Origin: Amphiscolops sp. MND2022
Taxonomy: Eukaryota
Assembly (NCBI GenBank): GCA_964187785.1
Contig: OZ076419.1
Location: 34,410,001 to 34,474,000 of the forward strand
DNA length: 64,000 nt
Direction: 5' to 3'
Shown here: one piece after another, positions 12,491 through 26,126 of the stretch
Layout: each line of letters opens with the position of its first letter
Position numbering within the stretch: position 1 is the first letter of the stretch
Made by a program: the position numbers and the translations under genes
Notes under the pieces: generated by a model
What the model was told of the DNA's origin: nothing
Seen by the model: only the letters and a program-made list of their open reading frames with translations
Database searches by the model: none

Positions 12491-15199
12491 CCCCTCCCCA
12501 GGTACACCTTGTTGGGAATTTATCCCCCAACACGAAAGCACATTTTGTTCTTGAATAAAAATATTTTACAAATTAGAAAGTATTATATGAATGTAAATAC
12601 TTAGAGGATAGAGGATTGTCTCTACAACTATTTTGACATTTCAGGCAAAAAATTTCTCTTGCTTTTTTGATATTATTGTCCAAAATAGCAAAAATTCACC
12701 CTTGGAAAAAGATGGAATAGTATGAAAAGGCCCCTATTTCAACGCAAAGTTTCTCCATGATAAAATCTGATGAGCATCTTTCAACTGACAGTCAATATAA
12801 TGTACAGTTTAACTTCAGTATTATACACCTCGTTGGGAGAAAACGCTCAAGTATGTTATTCTGAAATGTGTGTTATAAGCGAAAAAGACCAAATGATGAA
12901 AACCAAACACGGGGGCACAAAATATGTGCGTTATTCTGAAGGTTACACTATAGTGCACGTGTGTGATACTGAAGTTAAACTGTATATGATTTAGTCGACA
13001 TCAATTATTTTATTTAACCAAATTTTCATCTCAAACGATGTCGACACAACCACACAAGCAGAACATTGACCGCACAAACTCCAATGCCAACTTCACCGAT
13101 CGGCTGCAGTACCGCACACAGCATCCGCACTAACAGCCGAGACCTCACGGCCACACCGACAAGACCGTCCGATGAAACAGTAGAAGCGGCAGAAGGAGGT
13201 AAATACACGGTAATGGCATAATAGGATTTAGAGTCGGTAGGGGAGAAAATAAAAGTACAGTTAGCTTCAGAGAAAAATGCAATAGCGTTCGAAAGGTCTA
13301 ATAGAATAAGAACCGCAAAACGGGAGGTACAGAATACTTCTAACCACGTTTAACTGGTTTAGACAAGGAAATGACATCACCGAGACGCATCATGAGCACC
13401 TACAAAAAGCCCAACCTACCCGCATATCCGAAGAAACCCAAGAATGGTACCCCTATTCTCTCAACCCGCAGAGGTGGAAATGTAGAGGAGAGGAAGTCAG
13501 CTACGGTTAGACATGTTTACAGCCACCTGCCACACAGACATTGACCTGTTAATGTAACAATGAAGTGTGCTAACATTTGAGTTCACATCGATACATGATA
13601 GATACGTTTTATGCGCTTTCTTAGAACCCTGATTTAATACAGCCTTTCTTAGCCAACTGCTCCGTTAGTCTATTACATGGTATTTGAACATTGTGTCTTA
13701 ATTCCCCCCGTTGTCGCTTGGGGGGATTGATCACATGGTCCTTATTCCCCCTCTATGCTTTTTTAGTTACCTCACTATTTTGGTTACTAGTAATTAAAAT
13801 AGTCAAGTAGCTATATAAAAAAGTCAAGTAGTTAAGTCGAATGAGAACCTCGGAGCAGCTTTGGCAGAATTTGGAAGAAAAAACGCAACACAGATCATGA
13901 TTTTCCTCCCCCATTACATGAGCGGAAACAAGGTTAAAATACTAATATGTCATTATGTCGACAATGTTTAGGATCACTCCTGTTGAGCGCGGAAGTTTTA
14001 ATTCCCCAGCACTATCAGCAATGAGTTTCAGTTGCAGTTAGAGTCCTGAAATACTGCAATTTGATTGTTTGTTTGCTATTAATTCAATGATAATTTCTCT
14101 TGACCACTTAACTGGGGGAGGGGGGAATTAACAGAAAAGATACATCGTTTGTGTTGAAAATTTGGTCATATAGAATAACTGATGTCGACATAATCCTATC
14201 TTTTACCTTGACTGCCAGATTTTATGGCGGAGCAAATTGCGTTGAAATAGGGGCCATTTTATGCGATTTTTGCTTTAGTTAAAGAATTGTTCCAAACGCG
14301 AATTTTTCCTATGCTATTTTGGACAACAATACAAAAAAATTAGGGTCAAAGATTAAAAGTTCCTTCACGTAGGGGGGAAATTGGAAGCAAGGTTTACCGG
14401 AGCAAGGAAAATCGGCAAAAATTGAACCTGATTTTTTGATATGGTATCATTTAGATTTTATCGCGGAGAAAACTTGCGTTGAGATAGGGTCTAATTTATA
14501 CGATTCTAGCTTGATCCGAACGTCGATTTCTGCTATTAAAGACAATTTTATCAAAAAATTTAGGTACGTTTTTGCCTGAAGTATCAAAACAATTGTAAAG
14601 ACAATCCTTCAAGTTTTTACATTGATGTAATATCCCCTTCTTACTGAAATAATTTTATTGACAAACAAAATGCGCTTTCGTGTTGGGGGGGGGGGGGTAT
14701 TCGCAACAGGGTTTACCTGGGGTGATTGAAAACATGGTCCTCCTTTTCTACTAATTTCAGTCGGCGCTTTTAGAATAAGAGAGCCTGACTATTACAGTCA
14801 CTTGTTTTTTAAAGACAATCTCGAATGCTACGAAACTTTGTTCAACTAAACGAATACCTCGGAAACCCATCTAAGTAGGAGGAGGAACAACACTTTATGT
14901 TCTGTCTGTTGTCAATTATATAAACTGTTTTGCGAATAGTTGAGTTTACAAGTAGTTACATTGGAAATGTATCTATGATCATCAATGAGACAACAATTTA
15001 TCTGCTACATGTTATTCGAGCGCTTTGTTTTTGTACGTCTTCAGTAAGTGTTTTGATGGTTTCAAACGGGTTATACTTTAATCGATGCTTTGTAGTGGAA
15101 GTGTTAGATCTTTGAATTTTCTTATTGTGACTGAAGCAAATGATATTTTTTCAAAAGCATTGGACTTCGAATTGCTAGAGATTCCGAGTTATGGTTGTT

Positions 15200-16900
15200 C
15201 CGGGTTTTCAGTGCGATTGATGTCGTTTGGTAGTTTCATTTGATGTTTGAAAGCAGGTACTAGATTCAGAAAGTATTCTTAGTCCTGTAAAAGGCAGCAT
15301 TTTTCTACGATGTTCGAAGAGTAAAATGGTTTGCCAAGTTTGGTGAGCGAAATTCGTTCTTTTTGCTTTTGAAGACACATACTCGCATGACACATTGAAT
15401 CTGTTTGTGAATTTGATTCTTTTGACTGACTGTTGCTGATGTTAATACGCACAATGGATTTCGTAAATGAAACAAAATCAATGCTTTGAGACGCGATATG
15501 CGAGCTTTTTGGGGTATGGTGCGGCACCAATTCAGTGATTCGAATTCCAGCGCTCATTTTGCAGCGAATGGGATTCAGATACTTGTGAAAATCCAGATTG
15601 TGATGCAGATATATTCTCAGAAACCTTGCAATGTCTGATGAAGTTATATGTAGTCCATCTATAGCTTTTTGTAAGGTTTTCTTGACACTGAGAGATTTTT
15701 TTTGCAAAAAAATTGATCTCGTTAACGTTCCGTTTCAGTTCTTTATTTCTGAAAAGCCAATTTTTGCATAGTTTCCTCAACTGGGGCTCTGCTTTTTGTT
15801 ATGGAAGCATCTGATGTATAGAAAGGTGTGTCATCTGCAAAGAGTATTCTGGGTCTGTTTATAGCGTCCGCAATATCATTGATGAACCGAAGGAACAAAC
15901 ACTGGCCAAAGATTGTACCTAGAGGAACACCTTGTTGCGGAACATATTTCTTGATGATTAGTTGTAAACTTTAGTACTTTGTTCACGGTTTTGTAGGAAA
16001 CCCACCAAGAGGTAACACGTAACACTTTGGGTTTCCAACTGTTCGATAGGTATTTTATGTGACAAACAATCAAAGGCTCTGAATAGATCTAAGAAAGCTG
16101 TTGTTACGTATCTGTTGTAATTTTTGTTGTTGTGAATTATTTAGGCGATATGCAATAAGGCATTTGTGGTAAAGAACCATGTTCTGACTCAAAATTGTTT
16201 CTCGTTATATAGTTTTTATCACTCATTTGTTTTGCAAACAGACGTGTTATTGATATTGGTCGGTATTGTCTGGTTCTAGTTCATTCTCAGGTTTGTATAT
16301 TGGAGTAACTGCTGACTATTTCAAGATTTGCTTTGAAAAGCCCTTTGATTGCTTCGTTAAACGTGCGTCTAAGATATTATTCAATGGTTACAGCCAGGTC
16401 TTTGATAGGCTAAATAGGTATGATGTTCTGTCCTCATGGCTTCTTTGGCAGGTTTGTTTATGCATTCTTTTGTCTTTTCGTGTAATCGAAACTCGAAGAT
16501 TTCATCTTTTTCATTGAGCAGTTTTATTGCTTCATCTGTTTGATCATCAGAGTAAAACTGTTCGAAGGTAGAAATTCATAGTTGAGAAGGTCGGCCATCT
16601 CTTTACAATCCGTTATTCTAATACCAAAAAATGTTAAACCTTCAACTTTTTCCTTGTTTTCTTCAGTGAATTCGTTGATGTTTCAATTTGCTTTCTGGTG
16701 CTCTGAAAAAGAGATATTGATAAAGTTTTTCTGTCTTCTCAGGATCGTTTCATCTCTCTACAGTGGTTGAAACGTCTACCAATTTGTCCATGATCAGCAG
16801 CAGGCAGGCCTTTGTAGGAATTTACGTAAACTTCGTCTGTATAGAGTTTTTTGAGTTTTTTCTAGGTTACTGATTTTTGAATATATGAGATCATTTAAGT
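15200..16900 (-). mobile_element. Decayed CR1/L2-type LINE reverse transcriptase
   Basis: Minus strand, broken frames: ITDCKEMADLLN, YRPISIT, FLDLFRAFDCLSH, QGVPLGTIFG, FINDI, LFADDT, WLFRNK. Boundaries approximate. Confidence 0.85.
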
Positions 16901-17479
16901 ACGTTCAATGCCATCAATACTGAACAAATTAATTTAGGAGCTCGTTGATGTCTTCGACCCTTTTGCCGGTATCTGATCTGGAGTTACTGAAAAAAATCGA
17001 AAAATTTTTATGAAATGATTTTAATGAATAATTTTTAATAAAATCTGCGTTTTTCTTGAGTTTTTCTGTTAAAGTTTACCGATTTGCGGTCTTAAGGTTG
17101 ACCTCCTCGGTTAAAAGTGGCCTCTCTAGGACTGATGCCCCCTGGGAGTTTTTCTGTTCAACAGAAACAAAATGCCAAAACATTGATCCATTTTAGCAAA
17201 GCAAGTAGGCTTTAGAATCAACAAAATTCGCAAAGCGGTTTTTCCTCAGTCATTGAATCATTCAAACATTCATTGCCACAAACTGAATTACATTCAAACT
17301 CGGTACTTTGTAACGTTTTCACGCCCTTTCGGCGTAAAAAAGTAACGAACTGATTCATCATTCATCAGTGATATAGAATTCGAAATTTGACTGCAGTTTT
17401 TGTTCTTTTTGATCTGCGAGAACAATTGATTGGTGTTGTTGCAACGTACAAGAAAGCTGGTTAGCAACGAGTTCTCACA

Positions 17480-17558
17480 ATGCCGAGAGATGACGCGTTA
17501 TCTACAAAGAGAGACATGCGGGAGTGTGGTTGGATTTGTGCCTGCACTCTGGCTTTGG
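17480..17558 (+). CDS. Tetraspanin-like paralog A, putative exon 1
   Basis: MPRDDALSTKRDMRECGWICACTLAL aligns with paralog B exon 1 (KREVREWAWVCSCTMAI); the homologous donor position reads G|GACAGG (non-canonical). Confidence 0.55.
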
Positions 17559-18475
17559 GACAGGGATGAACAAATAACTGTTCTGAAAAACAATTGAATT
17601 TCCAAAAAAAACGAAGGCAAATCGTTTTTAGACATGCGACAGGAGTAACGTCTAAGGAATTAAAATTCTAAATTAATAACGGTAAAAACGTATAAATTTA
17701 AAATAATTTTTTGAAAGATTTTCAATCAAGAAATATAGACGCTATTCTTCAGGTGTTATTCAAAGAACCTGAATTCCTCCATCTAATTTGAAAATTGACA
17801 CGTTTTGTGTAATGTTTTTTGGTATAATCATTATAATTACTTTTTCATTCAAAATTCTGATTTACACAATAATCAATTAGGCTGTCAGACATGAATTGAA
17901 GATTTAACTACAAGTTGCAGATTTAAAGGAAAAAGAAGAAATACATGTATTCCGACACTATTGAAAGGCGCAACTACTTTTTCCAAAATTGCCCAACAAT
18001 TTTAATGATTGGTGTTGCTGAAACGACTGGTCATATTTTTGATGTACAGCTACTGTACATCTCTAACATATATGCCCGAACTCGGCTCTTTTCTGCATCA
18101 CCCCGCCATCAAAGTTTTTGAATTTTTTAAAGTTTTTAAAACTGGGTTAATTAAAGTGAAATCTTTTTCCATAACTGGAAGTTATTTTCTATCAGAACAG
18201 TTTTTCGTTTGAACAAAACTTTTTCACACATTTTAACTGCGATTATGTTCGAATTAACGGTTTTATGTGACTCAGAACAGGAAACTGTTGATTTCATAAT
18301 CAAGAATGCGTGGCTTTATGGATAAAAATAATGTGAACAAAATTTGTTACTGGAGCATAAACTGTCACTCTGGAATTAAATTCGGAATTGAAGGTTTCTA
18401 GTTTGGTTTTTATTAGGAGTCGGAAAAAACTTTCGACTACTTATGCAATCGTGCTGTTTTTTATATATCGTGCTG

Positions 18476-19090
18476 TCCTATATGTGCAATGGCATCAAAA
18501 TCGTATGGCTGGGATGTGAGAAACATAGCCAAAATTAGCCCAAAAATGGCCAAAAAACAGTCATTTTTCGATTTTTTTTTCGATTTTCTCAAAAACTGTC
18601 CATACGATTCGAACGAAATATTCTACAGTCATTCTACACCATATTATGGTCCTTTATGTGCAATTTCATTAAGTTCCTAAGGCTGGGATGTGAGAAACAC
18701 AGCCAAATTTAGCCCAAAAATGGCCAAAAAAGTCATTTTTCATTTTTTTTCGATTTTCTCAAAAACTGTCCATACGATTCGAGCGAAATTTTGTAAATCA
18801 TTCTACACCATATTATGGTCCTTTATGTGCAATTTCATCAAAATCGTATAGCTAGGATGTGAGAAACATAGCCAAAATTAGCCCAAAAATGGCCAAAAAA
18901 CAGCCATTTTTCGACTTTTTTCGATTTTCTCAAAAACTGTCCATACGATTCGAACGAAATTTTCTACAGTTATTCTACACCATATTAGAGTCCTATATGT
19001 GCAATGGCATCAAAATCGTATGGCTGGGATGTGAGAAACATAGCCAAAATTAGCCCAAAAATGGCCAAAAAACAGCCGTTTTCGACTTTT
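18476..19090 (+). repeat. ~172-bp tandem repeat, about 3.6 copies
   Basis: Unit starts gtcct(a/t)tatgtgcaat at 18476, 18649, 18818 and 18990. Confidence 0.9.
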
Positions 19091-20464
19091 GATGGGGGTA
19101 AAAGAAAAGAACCCTGAAGTCCTCGAATTGTTCACCCCTGCTGATTGTGACAGTGTTTGGCAGTGCTTTTCTATGGCTTGTACCTCACCGTCAAATTGAC
19201 GAGTTTACCAAGACACATGGGCACTGAAGGTCCACCAACTGTCATCTTTTCCCTTTTTAAGCACCTCATCATCGATGTTTCATGGAAAATTTGCATGTTG
19301 CCTTCAATGTGAACTATTCGGTGCAAAGCAAAATCTATGCACGAAAAGCTAGGGAAGTTGCATAGATTTTTTCGCTGGAATTTCATGTTTTAGAACTGTC
19401 ATGAACACTTCGGTTAGTGAACTCACCGGTGCGGTGGTCACCACATTGTTCATTTCCGAGATTAATTTTCACGTTGGAATTGGGCTGAACTTCGGAGTTA
19501 ATTTCCGGTCTCTCAACAGAAGTTTCCCCATCTTCTTCTAGTCTCGCGTCCTGGTCCGGCCATTATAACATTTTGAATTTGAGACAAGACTTGAGTGCTT
19601 ATAGCCTCATTTATGGCTCTCTGGATTTGGGAACTGACGTTACTCATCATCTCATCCATTTCTCTAGATATTCTAGAGTTTAACTCACTCGACAACCTGT
19701 TAATTTCAGCCTGAGAATTCATGTCTGCTGAGTTTTGGCCGTAATTGGCATTTGACCTTACATTGGAATTTCTATGATCAGAGTAGGGGTTTTCCTCCCC
19801 TTCATTTAAGATATTACTCATGACACTTTCATGCCTTCTAACTGAAGTACTATCAAGACTTCCGTCCCTTTCGGTTCTATTGGAATGATTTTCACCCAAC
19901 ATGATTTCAAGATTTTCAATGTCAGATAACTTTTCTAAACCTCTTGACTTTCTCGCTTTCTTTTGTTTCCTTGTGGTAGGCAATAAGACAGAACCGGGTT
20001 GAATATTCCAAATATTGAAACCGGAAAACTAACAGAGTAACTGTATTTTGAGAATTTTGAGTATCTTTACTAGTACAAGACCAACTGACTTAATGACTCT
20101 CCCCAGCAGGGTGGTACTATTTGTACTGCTCGGGAAATGACAATCACATTTTTTACATGACTAGTTAAGAAAATAGGAATCATATGATTTACAACTTCAT
20201 AGGAAAAATGTCCCGACAACTAAATGTTATTAGGGGACATCTAAGGAATGGCATCTAAAAGTCATCTGATAAAACAGCAGCTACAAACAAATTACCGACT
20301 AAGGCAACTGTATCAAAGTGTCAACAAATACCTCCGCTGACATATTTTACAACGGAATGAAGTGAAGGCACGTGCCGACACAAGACTACTGCTGACCACA
20401 TCAAGAATGGAGTGTATTATTGCATGTAGGAATTTGATACAACTCAAATATGTGTGAAGGTACA
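19090..20464 (-). mobile_element. Truncated LTR retrotransposon: 5' LTR-like segment plus leader ORF
   Basis: TGTA...TACA-bounded ~340-bp segment (20464-20122) followed by aatagtaccaccctgctgggga and an open ORF; no pol remains. Confidence 0.55.
19513..19983 (-). CDS. Coiled-coil-rich ORF of the putative LTR element (gag-like/ORF1, truncated)
   Basis: MPTTRKQKKARKSR...EINRLSSELNSRISREMDEMMSNVSSQIQRAINEAIS; ATG start, 156 aa, downstream of the LTR-like segment. Confidence 0.55.
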   Translation of the reverse strand: MPTTRKQKKARKSRGLEKLSDIENLEIMLGENHSNRTERDGSLDSTSVRRHESVMSNILNEGEENPYSDHRNSNVRSNANYGQNSADMNSQAEINRLSSELNSRISREMDEMMSNVSSQIQRAINEAISTQVLSQIQNVIMAGPGRETRRRWGNFC

Positions 20465-21049
20465 TTTTCATGTCAAGGCCGGAATGGGCTCAAAACCATA
20501 AAATAAACGGCACATTAAGGGGACATGGTAAAATGGAAATGGCCTTAATCGTCCATTGTTTTTTGGTTGGGGATATTTGGGTATCAAAGTGATACAAATG
20601 CTTCTATTTAGTTTAAAATCATGAATTTACTAGCTCCGAGTAAATACAAGTCTAATTAAACAACAAAGTACTATAATGCATGAATTGGCCGGAACCGGCC
20701 ATTTGACCGAAGTGCTCGTGAAGGCAAGCTACTTTAAGTCAAAAGGCCTTACTCGGCCATTATAGCATAAAAGCACCTATACAACAAAAGAAACGATTCT
20801 GATTGGTTGATAAATGCGCAGCAAGTCATATCGCCGAGAAAGGACGTTTTCGCACTTGAACACGTTTCCTTATCGCGATTAACTTGCTTATTGTTTGCTA
20901 TTGCATCAATTCAACTTCACAATCTACTTTCACCTCTCAGTATACTGCATCAACGAATTGATTTGGCTAATCCCAAATCGTAATATTACAGACTAATATA
21001 AACTGCAACATATTGAAAAATATAACGGTTTGAAAACAAATAGTATTGC

Positions 21050-21570
21050 TACATGTGAGTTTTTAAAGTTCAACAGTGTACTTGCTCAAAACGTAGGTAG
21101 AGTTCCGGGTACCATTTCTTGGTTTGTTGCCGTTGTCGTTAGTTATCAGTGTGCCATCACAGGCCGCAGCCTGCGACAAGAACACTCAAGTTACTCGCGA
21201 TTCATTGGTTTTAGACAAACTTGCATCATGTGACAAGAATATAACGGGGTTCAGAAGGTCTTCGGCAAACGCTCTGGCACTGTGGATAAAACCCTTGAAA
21301 AAGAACTGGGCTATCAATTTACAGTCTTATTCTTTAAAAAAGCTTTTAATCATGGTCGGCGATTAGCTTGACGCGAAACGCTGGATGTTGTATTCTATCA
21401 GAATAGGTATTAGTAAGAAACAGTTCGCTTGTAATATTGTATTCTTTCGTGTAGACTAAATAAGAGAATTATGGATGTTCACGAATACACAAGCGTCAAT
21501 GGTTTAACAAAAAGGTTGGCAGGTACTTTGCCGTCTATCTATGCAAGTCTGACTTTTACGGTCTGAACTA
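21050..21570 (+). mobile_element. Highly degenerate LINE RT fragment; also empty-site paralog of the 7254 hAT insertion
   Basis: GTISWLLP..., NITGFRRSSANAL and FFKKAFNH echo RT motifs (RPISLL, QxGFR..ST..AL, KAFD); 21395-21570 matches 7178-7253 joined to 8178-8300. Confidence 0.45.
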
Positions 21571-23825
21571 GATACATTGACATCTGTCACACTGGAAAAG
21601 CAGTATTGGTGAACGAACTTATTTACTGGGTTGATTTCGAAAAACAACAAGTACGTTGCCGTTGTGTATACAATAACATGAAAATTTATTGAAATAATCC
21701 TAAAACAGAAAAAAACAAAGTTTGAAAAACAAATTATTCACAAATAGAAGCTGCTAGCTAGGTGTGCAATTTTCATTTTGCGATGGTTTTGTTATTACTT
21801 GGTATTCGTTAGAGAATGGTTGTACAATCGAGGTTGTGCTCGAGGTTCGGATTTTCCTCCGAAAGCATTGAACAACTGTTTCCCAACCTACTTTGAGCTT
21901 GTATGAGATATCGAAATTTTGCTCTTAATAGAAGGCCCTTTTAAAATTTTGAAAAATTACTCGTATCTCAACAATGAGAGCTTGCACTATTGTATCATTG
22001 AAGGTGGTAAGCACCTTTGAAACATGATTTGGGGCAACATCAAAGCACCACAAAAAATTGTAGTCAAAATAGGGAAGCAAAACGCTAAAGACGCTCAATT
22101 TCGCAACCGAAAAACTTCAAATGGCAAAAGCAATAAATCAACAATAATCAATAGACACAAAAGTCCCAAGAGCAAACCGCTGTTCATAACAAAGAAAATG
22201 TTGTTACAAAAAGGAGAGTTCTTCTTGATTAGTACTTGTTGAGATATTGCCTAATCAGGTTCGAAAAAGTCCAAGATTCCTCAAATAAACAATTATATAA
22301 AACTTTTGATTTTTACTCAAAACTACTGTGTTATGTGATTAAAAAACATGACCGTTGATTCCTCGAAATGTTCTGTATGGAGGAATAGTGTGAACAGAAA
22401 TTGCGTCCGATGATTTGCCACCCCCCTATACAGAATCATAAAATAGAAGCTTTATAGTTTGAGTTCAATTCATTTTTGGGATAATTCCTTTTTTGTTCGC
22501 GGCAATTTCCTTTTGCGGTGAAAACATTTTGGGAAAAACAAAAATTAAGCCTTTTATGAAGAGCGACAAGAATATGTACGATCTTGTAAGATCTTGCCAA
22601 GATCTTGAAAAGAAAAGCTGAAAAATTTGAATAGAAAGAAACAAAAACTGTTGCCAACTGCACCTTGATCAGCTTACCTCTTATTCCGCAGCCGCTTACG
22701 CTACCAATCAAGCTTTCACGTCGTGAAAAGAATTCCAGTACTTTCTATTGTCCTATTATCAACACTTCACAGAATGACGGTGTAGCTGGTAGTGCGTTCA
22801 ATAGCGGAAGTAACTTTAAACAAAAATGGTTTTGTTGCGGAAGTTAGCTATTTTCATGAGACTCTTGATAGGACTGTTGCCAAGACTCTCAGTAGGAAAT
22901 TCAATATGTTTGTTTGAATGCAAGAATAAACTAGATCTCATAAAGACTATCAAAAGTAAACGGGAATATGTAAGATCGCGGCAATAGTTTCGGGAGCTCA
23001 GTAAAAACATAGTAATAAGAGTGTGAATGAGCTCAAAGAAAAGGAGCTTGTTTTTTGTTTAGGAGGTTGTAGGTAGTATGAGAGAGGTAGTATAGAGAGG
23101 TCGTATGATCAACTCCTTGATCAAGGTGTACCCCTTGAACTTGAACATGAACCCAATTGTGAGACTGTTCTGAGCTCTAAGTGGAGTTAATGAAGCTGTT
23201 AAAGTAGGGGTCATAACTGCTACGTATTCCGTACTGAGACTCTGTCCATGTTTATCGATGACCATTGCAATGGCTATCGATGAGCTATAAATTGAAGCCG
23301 AAAATCTGTCTGATGAATTTTTTTTGGAAAATAAGATGAATTTTGACACCGGGAAAACGTAGTGAGACCTAATAGGTAATGCCAACGTGTGTTTACTACA
23401 AAAGTTTCTTTCCTAGAAAAAAACATGGACTTTCGAAAAGGTTATTTTGAACTTTCGAAAAGGTTTTTTTTGAGCCTTAGAAAAAAAATGATTTCTTCGA
23501 AGTCCTGTTCGGACTCATGCTCTCTTTTTTGTTATGAAGGTTGTTTTTTTCTATGAATTTTTTCGACTTGGGTGACCATTTAAAGCTTGATGAATGCATC
23601 CATTCCGGGAATTTTTTCGTTTGATTATTGTTTCTGACTTACGGAAAAGGTTAGAGACCCTTTTATGCATGCATGCTCATTAAATCGAACTCATTTCGAA
23701 GTCCTTTGTACCATCGGCGTTAATGTTGCAGAAATAAAATCATGCCTTGTCCCTCGTTACAATAAAAGTTACTAGAAGTTAGGCTGATTTTATTGACTGA
23801 AAGTGGGAAAAGATGAGGTGCTAAG

Positions 23826-23951
23826 GTTTGATGTTGCTGGCATTCAGCTCGTTTGGCTTCATTGCACCTACTGGGGGGTGTCTCATTTGTGCTACCATCT
23901 GGTACAGGGTGCGAAGAGACATGGAGTGGGCACTCGTCTGCTGTGTGGGAG
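23826..23951 (+). CDS. Tetraspanin-like paralog A, exon 2 (TM1-EC1-TM2 start)
   Basis: GLMLLAFSSFGFIAPTGGCLICATIWYRVRRDMEWALVCCVG aligns with paralog B exon 2; acceptor taag|, donor G|GCAAGA (GC). Confidence 0.7.
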
Positions 23952-24057
23952 GCAAGAGTGTGGAAATTCTACAGAAAATAGATTGAAAACAAAAGCAAAA
24001 GACCCAAATAAATTTTAAAATGTTCCAAAAGTAGTACCAACGACGAAATTTGACAGA

Positions 24058-25592
24058 GAGGCGGAAATTTCGTCGTCAGAAATTTCGTCGACAGAAATTT
24101 CATCGGCAGAAATTTCGTCTTCAAATTTCATCGTTGTAATTAAGAATCGTCATTTATTATTGACTCTATTTATCCTAATAATTATTGTTAATTTGCGACA
24201 ATTGCGACCATTTTAAGAATGGTTTTTGTAGAGAAAGTTTTGCAAACAAAATTTTAACTATTCTTAGAAAATATTCCACTTTAATACATTTTCATATACA
24301 GTACTGTGATTGAGAAATCGTCCCCCTATGTGCTGAGCGTCGTTATCAACCAATTAGAATTGCTTATTTGCTCTCACTTTCAATTCTTATTGGCGCATCA
24401 AGTGAAATCTCCGGCGCAGAAAGAACACTTCTCCTATTTTCACAGTTTTGGGCACGTTTTTTGCAAAATTTTGCCGAAAATTTCAAATTCATCGAATTTT
24501 GCAGATTGTATAGAATTTAATGATATATTTTTTGCATCAAAAACATTCTAAATAAAAAATAATTGCAGTTTTTTTTGCCTCGAAACGTTCATTTCCTATC
24601 TTAGTACATGAAAAACGACGAAATTTTACCTTTTGAGTATGATATTTCGATAACGGTTGACAATTTTTGAAACCTAAAAACATCCATAGATTCAGTAGCT
24701 TTGTGGGAGTTATTTGAGCATAAAACTTGCCAAAAAAACTGTCGATAAAACGGTCAAAAATTGGAAAAACTGACAAAAGTCCCAAATTTGCTCAAAATCA
24801 GTTATTTGTAATTTTTTCAATTTTTATCCCACAAAAATTATAAAACCACGGATCTTTTCTGTTAATTCCCCCCACCAATTTAATTCCCCCCCCCCCAGTT
24901 AGGCGGTCAAATGAAATAAGGATTGAATTAATAGTAACAACCAATCAAATTGCAGTATTCTATAACTCCAACTGCAACTGAAACTCATCGCTGATAGTGG
25001 TGGGGAATTAAAATTTCCGCGCTTACTGTGGGGGGGGGGGGATTAACAGAAAAGGTCCAAAACCACTATTAAAAACTAGATTAAATTCGAAGAAACTTTT
25101 ATTTCTGATGTTTTTCAAAATTCCCAACAGATTTCAAGAAAATCGAGCCTAAAATTGTCCCGGGGACGTTTTCTTAATCACAGTACAGTATTTCCTGCAA
25201 CTTTTAAACATGTTTTTGAAAGTTGCTTGGTAAAATACTTCAGGACTGAATATATCACATTGTTCAATACATAAGCGTCTTGATGAGTTGATTGAACGCA
25301 ATCAACTTTTTGACTCTTTGTGCAGAACTTATAGTAACCACTACAGAAATTATAGTCTAGACGGATTTCTCAAATATCGGAGCTGTAGTGTAATGGTCAG
25401 CACGTCAGGTCACGACGTCAGGTGCTAATACGACGAAATTTCCCACGACGATGTTTCTGTCGACGAAATTTTTGGATGTGCTAATACGTCGAAATTCCCC
25501 ACGACGATATTTCTGACGACGAAATTTTTGGATGTGCTAATCCGATGAAATTCCTCACGACGAAATTTCTGATGACGAAATTTCCATCTCCC
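24058..25592. mobile_element. 1.5-kb foldback-like TIR element (GAAATTTCGTCG family) with nested MITE
   Basis: Left gagaggcggaaatttcgtcgtcag, right gacgaaatttccatctccc; interior 24310-24830 homologous to ~32360-32850. Confidence 0.7.
24850..25058. mobile_element. GGATC-terminal MITE, second copy
   Basis: Same TIRs as the 9967 copy; 8-bp TSD AAAACCAC (24842-24849, 25059-25066). Confidence 0.9.
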
Positions 25593-25921
25593 GCTTTTTG
25601 ACGCTTTTTAAAGAAAATGAAAATACTATTCTAATGAAAAAGTGTTCTATGTCTATGTTTTAAACTGTTCTCATGAATAACTATTCAAAAACCCCTTTTG
25701 TAAAATTTCTCGGAAACTCATTCAACATCTTTAAGTGTGTGTTTATGAAATTAGTTTTTGAAGGGTTTTCGTCGAGTTTTCTCTTTTGGAATCATTTCAA
25801 TCTAGAGTTTTTTTGGCAGTGTAAACCTCAAACAACTGCCACACAGAAACATCGTTAGAGTCAAATTTTCTTCGCATTTTAATCACGTGTTTTGAAGCCC
25901 CGTTTTGTTCACTCGAAAAAG

Positions 25922-26126
25922 TTTTGAGTCTACACCCTTTGGTCGAGGCGGTGCTATGGGCGTGGTTTTGGGGTTCATGGGTATCTGTGTGTTTTGTGTT
26001 GCACCTATCACTTTAGAGAACGCCCAGCATAGAATAGATGCTGCTATAAGGGCGGAGTTCGAAAACTACAACCGAGACGTGAATGCGCAAAATGACCAAT
26101 CCAACCAATTTGACGAAACCCAACAG
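25922..26126 (+). CDS. Tetraspanin-like paralog A, exon 3a (TM3, EC2 start)
   Basis: TPFGRGGAMGVVLGFMGICVF...EFENYNRDV...FDETQQ aligns with paralog B; 5' boundary uncertain (apparent frameshift versus the homologous acceptor). Confidence 0.7.

Noticed and set aside
13026-13560. GC-richer island with an ORF
   Set aside because: No protein motif, termini or second copy found; probably an unclassified repeat fragment.
21124-21366. Mab-21/cGAS-like fragment (LQSYSLKKLL)
   Set aside because: Neighbouring motifs fit a decayed LINE RT better, and no nucleotidyltransferase core is present.
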